The notes below the pieces were generated by a model. That model worked only from the letters and a program-made list of their open reading frames with translations. It did no database searches and was not told the DNA's origin. A stretch of 64,000 nucleotides of DNA, from the NCBI GenBank assembly GCA_036009045.1, contig DASYML010000035.1:1066-65065 (forward strand), given 5' to 3'. A program made the translations under genes and the position numbers. This document shows, piece after piece, positions 56,049-64,000 of this stretch (its first letter is position 1; each line of letters starts with the position of its first letter). Source of the stretch: Pyrinomonadaceae bacterium (GTDB lineage Bacteria; Acidobacteriota; Blastocatellia; Pyrinomonadales; Pyrinomonadaceae).

Positions 56049-58277
56049 TTGATGACGACCGACGAGGAGTTGATAAAAGAGCGTGCGGGGACGGACGGCG
56101 GGCAGCCTGCGCTGGCCGGTGAACCGGCGTCCAGGTCTTCCGGCAAAGGACACATGCGAGGGCTGATGCTATGGCTTCAGGTGATAGCATTCCTGCTCGG
56201 CGCGGGCCTCTTCGTTTATCTCATACGCCAAGTCGGACTCCAACCCATCTTCGATGCTCTGGGCCGCATCGGCTTCGGTCTCTTCATCCTGCTCGCCATC
56301 AGCGGTTCACGGCACATGCTGCGGACGGTGGCGATGCGCGCGGCGGTCCCGGATGAGCACAGGCGCTTCAACTTCATGCAGGCTTTCTCGGCGCGGCTCG
56401 GCGGCGAGGCCATCAGTTTCATCACCTTTACCGGACCACTATTGGGAGAAGCGACGAAGGTCGCGCTCCTACGCAAGCGGATGCCTTTGACGCACGGCGT
56501 GCCCGCGCTGGTGATAGACAACCTGCTCTACAATCTCTCGGTCGTCTTTTTCATCCTGAGCGGCGCGTGCGTCATGCTGCTCGCTTACGATTTGCCGCCG
56601 GTGGCGCGCTTCGTCCTGATCCTGATAGCTGTGTCAGCGCTGGCGGGCATTCTGGCGGCGGCCTACGCGGCGAATCGTCGCGTGACGGTGGTGACGTGGT
56701 TGATGGGCAAGCTGGCGCGGCTCGGTTTCAAACGCCGCAAGCTGCTTCAATGGCGCAACAAGATTTATCACATCGAGTCGAACGTCTACGATTTTTACAA
56801 GCACAGGCCCGGCGCGTTCTTTACCATGATCGGCTTCGACCTGCTCTCGCACGCGTCGAGCGTCGTGGAGGTCTACATCACTTTGCGGATGCTCGGTTTC
56901 AAACCGCAGGTGGAGGCCGCGTACATCATCGAATCGCTGACCAAGGTCATCAATTTCGTTTTCGGATTCGTGCCCGGAACCATCGGCGTCTATGAGAGAG
57001 GCACGATGAGCATTCTGGAGACGCTCGGATTCACCGCCGCGACGGGTCTCCTGCTGGCGCTGGTACGCAAAGCCGGAATCGTTTTCTGGACCGGAATCGG
57101 TCTCGCGATACTGGCCTGGCGCACCGTGCCGGGCGCGACGCGCCGCCTCGTAGACCGCAGCCCACGCCTGAGCAAACTTATGGACAGTCTGGTTTTCTCA
57201 AACATCACGCACAGACCCGCGCGCACGTTTGTGAGCGTGCTCGGCATCGCCATCGGAGTCCTGCTCATCGTCTTTACGGTCGGACTGGCGCACGGCGTCC
57301 TGCGCGAACGCGGGCGTCGTGAATCCAACATCGGCGCGGAGTTGATGATTCGACCGGGAGGCACGCTCGGCCTCAACGGCTCGCAGCCCTTCAACCTGCC
57401 CGTCGCGCACGCGAAGGAACTGGCTGGTATAGAAGGCGTGCGCGCCGTCGTCCCTATCGCGCAAATGACGGATAAGACCGACAGCGGCCTTGGACAGCGA
57501 CTGATTGACGGGATTCCCTTTGACGAATACGCGTTGGTCGCGGGGCTGACCATCAAGGAGGGACGCAAGCTGGAAGGCGGCGACGAGGCCATCGTTGATT
57601 CCGTCTGGCAACAGGACCATCACGCGTTGATAGGCCAGACCGTCACGCTCTACGAACGACCGTTCCGCATCGTCGGCGTCTTTGAGCCGCCGGGCGGCGG
57701 GCGCGTCAAGATTCCGCTCGCCACGGCGCAGGACCAACAGGGCAGCGAGGGATTCTGCACCACCGTCCTCGTCTCCTGCGTCAACCCCGCGAAGCCTGAG
57801 GAAGTGGCCGAGCGTATCCGCCAGCGTTTCCCAGACGATCAGATTCTCTTCACCAGAGACCTGCCGGAGCTTTACGCGTCGGGCGTGCCCGCGCTCAACA
57901 TCTTCATCAACGTCGTCGTCGCGATTGCCGCCACCATCAGCACGCTCGTCATTCTGCTGGCGATGTACACGACGGTCACGGAGCGCACGAGACAGATAGG
58001 CATTCTCAAATCGCTCGGCATGTCTAAGACGATGATCGCCTGGGTGATTGAGCAGGAAGCCATCATGGTCAGCGTGCTCGGCGTCATCGTCGGCGTCCTG
58101 CTGACCTTAGCGACGCGCTTCGCGGTCATGCGCGCGACCAGCCTCAACGTAGAGATAGAACCGCGCTGGGTTCTCATCGCCCTTGCCATAGGCTTGCTCG
58201 GCGGCACGCTCGGCGCGCTCTACCCGGCGCTGCGCGCAGCACGTCAGGATGCGGTTGACGCGCTGAGCTATGAGTAA
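56049..58277 (+). CDS. Fusion of a flippase-like UPF0104/LPG-synthase-TM domain with a MacB/FtsX-type ABC permease
   Basis: Residues about 35-360 are an 8-TM UPF0104-like region. From MDSLVFSNITHRPARTFVSVLGIAIGVLL (nt 57180) onward there is a canonical MacB-type N-terminal helix, a periplasmic domain and the FtsX 3-TM bundle. Confidence 0.7.
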   Translation: MMTTDEELIKERAGTDGGQPALAGEPASRSSGKGHMRGLMLWLQVIAFLLGAGLFVYLIRQVGLQPIFDALGRIGFGLFILLAISGSRHMLRTVAMRAAVPDEHRRFNFMQAFSARLGGEAISFITFTGPLLGEATKVALLRKRMPLTHGVPALVIDNLLYNLSVVFFILSGACVMLLAYDLPPVARFVLILIAVSALAGILAAAYAANRRVTVVTWLMGKLARLGFKRRKLLQWRNKIYHIESNVYDFYKHRPGAFFTMIGFDLLSHASSVVEVYITLRMLGFKPQVEAAYIIESLTKVINFVFGFVPGTIGVYERGTMSILETLGFTAATGLLLALVRKAGIVFWTGIGLAILAWRTVPGATRRLVDRSPRLSKLMDSLVFSNITHRPARTFVSVLGIAIGVLLIVFTVGLAHGVLRERGRRESNIGAELMIRPGGTLGLNGSQPFNLPVAHAKELAGIEGVRAVVPIAQMTDKTDSGLGQRLIDGIPFDEYALVAGLTIKEGRKLEGGDEAIVDSVWQQDHHALIGQTVTLYERPFRIVGVFEPPGGGRVKIPLATAQDQQGSEGFCTTVLVSCVNPAKPEEVAERIRQRFPDDQILFTRDLPELYASGVPALNIFINVVVAIAATISTLVILLAMYTTVTERTRQIGILKSLGMSKTMIAWVIEQEAIMVSVLGVIVGVLLTLATRFAVMRATSLNVEIEPRWVLIALAIGLLGGTLGALYPALRAARQDAVDALSYE

Positions 58278-58296
58278 CGAGTTTGGCTAAACAGTC

Positions 58297-58393
58297 ATTT
58301 ACCACAGAGACACAGAGCGCACAGAGTTTGCACAGAGTTAAGCATTCAACTCTCTGTGCTGACTCTGTGCGCTCTGTGTCTGCGGTGGTGAAT
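58297..58393. repeat. Family-A palindromic element, copy 4
   Basis: ATTTACCACAGAGACACAGAGCGCACAGAG...CTCTGTGCGCTCTGTGTCTGCGGTGGTGAAT. Confidence 0.9.
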
Positions 58394-58441
58394 CTCACTT
58401 TCCATACGTTCAACTGCAATCTGCTCTAAGGCAATGGTGAA

Positions 58442-58675
58442 CATATCCCCTACGGGGATACAGGTGATAGCCGTGGGCAGCGCCCACGGTCGCTCGTCCA
58501 TCAACACAATTCGACCCTGAAAGGGTCGCACACTCAACATTGAATGTGCGACCCTTTCAGGGTCGGATTTATTGTGGGCCAGTAACCGGGGGCGACGCTG
58601 ACGCTTGCCCCCGGCTCTCATATCCCGCCCTTTCAGGGCTTAAAAAGACAACCTCGTATCCGGCCCTTTCAGGGC
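58442..58675. repeat. Family-C nested palindromic element, copy 2
   Basis: Core tcgaccctgaaagggtcgcacactcaacattgaatgtgcgaccctttcagggtcgg (58511-58566). Plus catatcccctacggggata and two ccctttcagggcttaaaa units. The last unit supplies the pepP stop codon. Confidence 0.85.
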
Positions 58676-60573
58676 TTAAAAGATACCCCCATAGCGCGCC
58701 AGGGTTTTCTTATCGAAGCATAAGCATCAAAGGAATCTCGCTCAAGCTGGCTGGTGTGCATCTCCTGGCGGGCGCGTACCATGAAGTTTTCGATGTCCTT
58801 GATGGTGCGTGGGAGCGCCTCCGTCATCCACTTGTAGCCGTCTTCTGTGACGAGCATATCGTCCTCTATACGCACGCCGATGCCTTTGTATTTCAGGAAG
58901 GCGGGACGGATGGCGGCGATGAATTTCTCGTTCTCCGGCGTCTTCGGCAGATTGTCGAGGGCATCCTCGCGTATGTAGATGCCGGGTTCGTTGGTGAAGA
59001 CCATCCCTGATTCGAGTTTGGCTGCGCCGAGGCCGACATCATGCACGTTCATGCCGAGCCAGTGCGATGTGCCATGCATAAACCAGATGCGATATTGATT
59101 CGAGTCGCGGTCTGTAATCAGCCCGAGTTTGAGCAGTCCATCTTTGACGACTTCGGTCGCGGCCTTGTGGACATCCGCGAGCGTGGATGCGCCGGGTTTG
59201 ATGGTGCGCGCGGCTGCCTCCTGCGCGTCGTAGACGATCTGATAAACGGCGGCCTGTTCGGGAGTGAATTTTCCGCTCACGGGAAAAGTGCGTGTCACGT
59301 CCGCCGAGTAGTGATCGTATTCCGCACCGGCATCTATCAAAATTAACTGGTCCTGCTTGACGCTGCCCTGTGATTCTATGTAGTGCAGCGTGGTCGCATT
59401 AGGCCCACAGCCGACGATGTCCGGGTAGCCCCAGTTATCCGCGTTGCGCCGCTTGAAGGTATAAGCTATCTCGGCGTCAACTTCATATTCGTGCTGGGCC
59501 TGTTTGGCGACGGCCTGCGCGCGTTCGTGCGCTTCGATGCTGATGTCTATAGCGTGCTGCAAGAGTTGCAATTCCATAGGCGACTTGCGCTGGCGCATCT
59601 GTGCGAAGATGAGCCAGACTGTGCGGACGTTAAAGCCGGTCGCGGACCTGGCCCACTGCGCGGCGATGTTCTGTTCCTGCCTGTACTCCGCGTTCGCGCT
59701 CTCGCTCTCGCGCGGGATGAGCAGGTAGAGTTCCGCCTCGCCATTATTCGCCGCTGTGAAGAGCGTCTCGTAGCCCGTCGGCGGAGGCGGCGTCGCGGCG
59801 CTGCCAGCCATGCCGCCCGTCACGGTCGCGTTGGTTGAGGCGGTGGCGGTCGCATTAGCAGTGGTCATGTTCGGCGCGGAATTTCCCGTCACGGGTCTCG
59901 CGGGGCGTGCCGCTTCGGCAGCCGCTTGCGTCTGCGCGGCTTGCGGTACGGGCGGCGTGACGGGTTGAGCGACAACGGCAGAAACGCCGGGCGTCGCGGA
60001 TGAGAGGAGCGCTTCAGGCCTGGGGCGATAAGGCTGACGATTGCGCAGGGCTTGCATGAAAGGCTCAAACTCTCTGGCATCCCAGATTTCGTTGATGCCG
60101 GAAGCGGCCCGCGCTTCCTCAGGCGAATACATGTGCCCGGTCCAGGTTTCGGCAGCCGGGTTGCGCCTCGGCATGAAGAGTATCTCCTTCAACTGCGGGT
60201 TGCCGGGCATCAGAACGAGCGTCGCGCCCTTCTGTTTGAGATTGGTCAGATAATAAAGATTGTTCTCCTGACGATATTGATAATTGACATCGTTGGCGTA
60301 GACGCGCGGCTCCGTGCTGAAGAGCACGAGCAAGCCCTTCTGTCCGATGCGCTCCGCGACACGCGCGCGGCGCTGGGCCAACTCTGCCAGACGCGCCGCA
60401 TCATCAAAGACGGGGGCGGGCGGCGTGACGCGTATGGCGGCGGGACTCTTCCTCTCAGAAGGCTTGTCAGTCAGCCTGTCGCGCGCAAAATCATTCGGCA
60501 GCGCGGCGTTCACGCAAAGGGAAACGAGAGCAAGCGCTGGCAAGAGCTTGCGTAAGGCTCTAATCATCTTCAA
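58669..60573 (-). CDS. pepP: Xaa-Pro aminopeptidase (M24B) with signal peptide and a low-complexity insert
   Basis: DAGAEYDHYSADVTRTF, HGTSHWLGMNVHD, NEPGIY and GVRIEDD metal-ligand blocks. Confidence 0.82.
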   Translation of the reverse strand: MKMIRALRKLLPALALVSLCVNAALPNDFARDRLTDKPSERKSPAAIRVTPPAPVFDDAARLAELAQRRARVAERIGQKGLLVLFSTEPRVYANDVNYQYRQENNLYYLTNLKQKGATLVLMPGNPQLKEILFMPRRNPAAETWTGHMYSPEEARAASGINEIWDAREFEPFMQALRNRQPYRPRPEALLSSATPGVSAVVAQPVTPPVPQAAQTQAAAEAARPARPVTGNSAPNMTTANATATASTNATVTGGMAGSAATPPPPTGYETLFTAANNGEAELYLLIPRESESANAEYRQEQNIAAQWARSATGFNVRTVWLIFAQMRQRKSPMELQLLQHAIDISIEAHERAQAVAKQAQHEYEVDAEIAYTFKRRNADNWGYPDIVGCGPNATTLHYIESQGSVKQDQLILIDAGAEYDHYSADVTRTFPVSGKFTPEQAAVYQIVYDAQEAAARTIKPGASTLADVHKAATEVVKDGLLKLGLITDRDSNQYRIWFMHGTSHWLGMNVHDVGLGAAKLESGMVFTNEPGIYIREDALDNLPKTPENEKFIAAIRPAFLKYKGIGVRIEDDMLVTEDGYKWMTEALPRTIKDIENFMVRARQEMHTSQLERDSFDAYASIRKPWRAMGVSFKP

Positions 60574-60737
60574 GGGTCAATCTCCTTATAGACAAAATGC
60601 GAAGAGTGAATCACTAAAGGCTTGTCTTGCATGCCAAAGGGGTAGGATGGTCTCGCTTCGGCAGATAATTCCACATGGACGCTCGAACGTGTTGTATTAT
60701 CACTCATATTTTGTTGAGAGACAAAAGGAGATGCTGA

Positions 60738-60995
60738 ATGAGAAAGAGTTTCACATTACTGGTCCTGCTTCTCGGCCTTGCCGCCTGCCTGTCGGGCTGC
60801 TCTTCATCGGAGAGACCCGCCACCTCCACCAGTCCTCATGCAACTACGAACACAAACACGGGCAGCAACGCTCCGGCTCCGGCGAGCGCGGCCCCCAGTA
60901 GCCAGACGGTCGGCAGCGGCGGCGCTTCCGCCAATCGCCCGGACGCGCACAAACCCTCGCCAGCGGGCATCAAGCCGCCACAGAAGGCGAATTAA
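60738..60995 (+). CDS. Small lipoprotein, low complexity
   Basis: AAGGAG SD. MRKSFTLLVLLLGLAACLSGC lipobox. Ser/Ala/Pro-rich remainder. Confidence 0.6.
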   Translation: MRKSFTLLVLLLGLAACLSGCSSSERPATSTSPHATTNTNTGSNAPAPASAAPSSQTVGSGGASANRPDAHKPSPAGIKPPQKAN

Positions 60996-61065
60996 TAATT
61001 AACGCGAGTTAGCGTCAGTCCGGCACAAGCAGAGTGACAGTTCGATTCTTACGTCGAATAGGCGT

Positions 61066-63975
61066 ATGCTTGGCGGTATGAGCAAACATGTTCCCCCCGA
61101 TTCCGACGATGTAGTGATTGATATTGGTCCTATGCAACGCAATCGCCATCCCTGGCGATGGGTGCTGGGGGCTGCGGTCCTTGTAGTCTTTGCGCTCTTT
61201 CGCTCGCTCTCGATCTATCTTTCCGCGTTGTGGTTCGACTCGCTGGGCTACGCGTCCGTCTACTGGTACATGTTCCGTCTCAAGCTGATTCTTTTTATCG
61301 GCTTCGCTCTCCTGACGTTTCTCATCCTGCGCGGGGCCTTCTGGCTGCTCGAACGCGCGCTCGTTTCTTACGCGCTCGAACGCCGCGTCGTGACGTTCAA
61401 CAATCAGCAGTTCAACGTCTCGCCCGCGCGCATCCTGCGGCCTCTGGCGTGGGTCGTCTCAGGCGTGCTCGGGTTGATGTTCGGTCTCGGCATGATGGAA
61501 AGCTGGCGACGCTTCGCGCTCTACCTGCACCAGATGCCGACCGCAGACCTGGACCCTATCTTTAATAAGCCCGTCGGCTTTTATCTCTTCTCGCTCCCGG
61601 TCCATCAACTGTTGAGTTGGTGGCTGACCGTGCTCGCTTTCATCATTCTGGCGGGCGCTGTCTTGTACGTGCTGGGCACGCTCTCACCGACGACTAAAAA
61701 AGCCGCCTTCACCGACGCGGCGCAAATAAAGACTCGTTACGCCGTCATCTCCTGCGCGCTCGCGGGTTATTTACTGATGCTCGCGTGGCGTTTCTATCTC
61801 TCGCGCTTTCCTTACCTGTGGGAGGACCACCAGATATTCACGGGCGTCAATTACACTGAAGCCAACTACGTTCTGCCCGGACTCACCATTGTCTCCATCG
61901 CGCTCATCATCGCCGCCGTCATCGCCCTCTTCAACGCTTTCACGGAGAGACGGCTGCGATTGTTGTTGGTCGGCGTGGCGCTGCCCATCGTCGTCTATGT
62001 GGTCGCCGTCGTGCTCGTCCCCGGCTACGTGACGAGCTTTATCGTCAAGCCGAACGAACTCGGACGCGAGACTCCATACATCGAACACAACATTAATTGG
62101 ACCAGGCGCGCTTTCAAGCTGGACCAGATCGAGATGCGCGATTTCGAGGCCGACATCTCCTCGCAGGGGTTCGATCTCAACAGCAATCGCTCGACGCTCG
62201 ACAACATACGGCTCTGGGACTGGCGTGCCCTTCAGGACACACTGCGCCAGATTCAGGAAATACGCACGTACTATGATTTCCCGGACGTGGATGTTGACCG
62301 CTATACGGTCGGCGGGCAGAAGCGGCAGATGATGCTCGCGGCGCGCGAGATTGATGTCAACAAGCTCCCCGAACCGTCGCGCAACTGGATTAACGAAAGG
62401 CTCATTTATACGCACGGCTACGGCGTGACGATGAACTCCTCGAACGGCTTTGACGCCGAAGGCATGCCGCTCTTCGTGCTCTCGGACATGCCGATTAAAT
62501 CGGGCGCGCCTGAGATTAAAGTGACGAGACCGGAAATCTATTTCGGGCAGAAGACGGACACGGAAGTCTACGTCAAGACGATGGAGAAAGAGTTCAACTA
62601 CCCGCAGGGCGAAGCCAACAACTACACGACTTACGAAGGGACGGGCGGCATCCCCATCGGCAATAGCCTGCGCCGCTTCACCCTCGGATGGGCGCTCGAC
62701 GACTTTAAAAACCTAACCTTCTCCGACCGCATCACCTCTGAAAGCCGCGTCCTCATCCACCGCAACATCATGGACCGGGTCCAGAGTCTCGCGCCCTTCT
62801 TCAACTACGACAACGACCCCTACCTCGTCGTCTCCGATGACGGGCGGCTCTACTGGATGATAGACGCCTTCACGGAATCCGCCTCTTATCCGTATGCGCG
62901 CCACTACAGGGCCGCTGATAATACCGTCAACTACATCCGCAATAGCGTCAAAATCACCGTTGATGCCTACAACGGCGACGTGGCCTTTTACGTCTTCGAC
63001 GGGGCGGACCCGATTATCAGCACCTATCGCGCGACCTTCCCCGCGCTCTTCAAGGACGCGAGCCAGATGCCCACGGACCTGCGCGCACACATACGCTATC
63101 CTGAGACTCTCATCAAGACGCAGGGCGATGTTTACAGTCTCTATCACACGCAGAACACGAAGGTCTTTTTCCAGCGCGAGGATGTCTGGAGCGTGGCGAG
63201 CCAGATTAGTCTCGGCAAGGACCAGGAACACAAGACTGAGCCGCTCGAACCTTACTTCGTCTTGATGCAACTGCCCGGCGAAGCGATAGCCAACGAGTTC
63301 GTGCAGATTCTGCCCTTCACGCCCGCCAGCCGTAATAACATGATCGGCTGGATGGCCGGACGAAGCGACGGCGATGCTTACGGCTCCCTGCTGGTTTACA
63401 ACTTCCCGAAATCAAGATTGATTGATGGTCCCTTGCAAATAGAGGCGCGCATAGACCAGAACGCACAACTCTCAAGCCAGTTCACGCTCTGGAATCAACA
63501 AGGCTCGCACGTCCGTCGCGGCAACCTCCTCGTCATCCCCATCGGGCGTTCCCTGCTTTACGTAGAGCCTATCTATCTACAGGCCGAGCGCAGCCCGATG
63601 CCCGAACTACGCCTCGTCGTCCTCGCCACGCAGGAACGACTCGGCTACGGCCTGAACTTCGGCGAAGCCCTCTCAAGTTTACTGGGCCAGTCCGGTCCAA
63701 CTGCCGCCCCAGACAAGACGGAACAATCCAAAGCCCAGCCGCAACAGCCGCAGCCACAACAACCGGGCGGCCCCGCGCAGCCCGCGCCAAACGCTTCCCC
63801 CGCGCCGCAAACCACAGAGCAGTTAATCAATCGCGCATCACAGCAATTTGACGAATACCAACGCCTGACCAAAGACGGCAAGTACGGCGAAGCGGGCCAG
63901 AGACTCGAAGAACTCAAGCGCACGCTGGAAGAATTGAAGAAGCAGAAACAGGAGTCAGGAGTCAGGAGCCAGTAA
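61066..63975 (+). CDS. UPF0182 family polytopic membrane protein
   Basis: 969 aa with seven or so N-terminal TM helices. Conserved blocks LIYTHGYG, NYIRNSVKITVDAYNGDV, RYPETL and YVEPIYLQAE. Confidence 0.8.
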   Translation: MLGGMSKHVPPDSDDVVIDIGPMQRNRHPWRWVLGAAVLVVFALFRSLSIYLSALWFDSLGYASVYWYMFRLKLILFIGFALLTFLILRGAFWLLERALVSYALERRVVTFNNQQFNVSPARILRPLAWVVSGVLGLMFGLGMMESWRRFALYLHQMPTADLDPIFNKPVGFYLFSLPVHQLLSWWLTVLAFIILAGAVLYVLGTLSPTTKKAAFTDAAQIKTRYAVISCALAGYLLMLAWRFYLSRFPYLWEDHQIFTGVNYTEANYVLPGLTIVSIALIIAAVIALFNAFTERRLRLLLVGVALPIVVYVVAVVLVPGYVTSFIVKPNELGRETPYIEHNINWTRRAFKLDQIEMRDFEADISSQGFDLNSNRSTLDNIRLWDWRALQDTLRQIQEIRTYYDFPDVDVDRYTVGGQKRQMMLAAREIDVNKLPEPSRNWINERLIYTHGYGVTMNSSNGFDAEGMPLFVLSDMPIKSGAPEIKVTRPEIYFGQKTDTEVYVKTMEKEFNYPQGEANNYTTYEGTGGIPIGNSLRRFTLGWALDDFKNLTFSDRITSESRVLIHRNIMDRVQSLAPFFNYDNDPYLVVSDDGRLYWMIDAFTESASYPYARHYRAADNTVNYIRNSVKITVDAYNGDVAFYVFDGADPIISTYRATFPALFKDASQMPTDLRAHIRYPETLIKTQGDVYSLYHTQNTKVFFQREDVWSVASQISLGKDQEHKTEPLEPYFVLMQLPGEAIANEFVQILPFTPASRNNMIGWMAGRSDGDAYGSLLVYNFPKSRLIDGPLQIEARIDQNAQLSSQFTLWNQQGSHVRRGNLLVIPIGRSLLYVEPIYLQAERSPMPELRLVVLATQERLGYGLNFGEALSSLLGQSGPTAAPDKTEQSKAQPQQPQPQQPGGPAQPAPNASPAPQTTEQLINRASQQFDEYQRLTKDGKYGEAGQRLEELKRTLEELKKQKQESGVRSQ
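63949..63970. repeat. CAGGAGT heptamer run (left arm of a hairpin that continues past the window)
   Basis: caggagt caggagt caggagc c, encoding the last residues of the UPF0182 protein. Same unit as 31047-31118. Confidence 0.6.
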
Positions 63976-64000
63976 AAAAGAGTCAGCCAGTTTCTCTACT

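Noticed and set aside
58540-59010. ORFs reading through repeat elements (58540-59010, 43731-44216, 32417-32779, 28066-28917)
   Set aside because: Their N-terminal or central parts are translations of palindromic repeats. The remainder is antisense to real genes.

Overview
High-GC chromosomal segment from a diderm bacterium. Gene content and repeat flavour suggest an Acidobacteriota-like soil organism, but that is inference only. All domain calls were made by eye from the translations; no searches were run.

Positions 3-4707 are a visibly AT-richer, transposon-like insertion. It is bounded by a perfect 13-bp terminal inverted repeat and reiterated TGCACAAA(AAGT) motifs. It carries:
- a SWIM-finger DDE transposase;
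- a frameshifted TPR/Fis-HTH regulator divergently paired with a 67-aa secreted Cys-peptide gene;
- a 431-aa two-TM protein of unknown family.
It appears to have removed the 5' end of a host membrane-protein gene.

A decayed second copy of the regulator/peptide cassette, with the same TGCAA-N6-TTGCA dyad, lies at 11.7-12.7 kb, near two atypical receiver genes and tRNA-Gly(CCC).

The rest is mostly core metabolism and envelope functions:
- a hybrid PAS/GAF sensor kinase;
- a 10-kb same-strand array kdsB / pyrG / GNAT / Ser-Thr kinase / kdsA / coiled-coil protein / M1-peptidase-like pseudoenzyme / kdsC;
- a trans-sulfuration enzyme and a PP2C phosphatase;
- NfeD, proline dehydrogenase, an HD hydrolase and an acyl-CoA dehydrogenase;
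- two MFS transporters, an aminotransferase and an APC permease;
- a complete glycine-cleavage operon gcvT-H-PA-PB;
- a lower-GC pair of secreted proteins;
- an FHA-trypsin protease;
- an envelope operon (GT-C glycosyltransferase, 682-aa unknown, alkaline-phosphatase-superfamily protein, flippase-like::FtsX fusion);
- PepP and a UPF0182 protein.

Intergenic space is saturated with palindromic repeat families, many built from degenerate tandem heptamers. No rRNA, CRISPR array or recognisable defence genes were seen.
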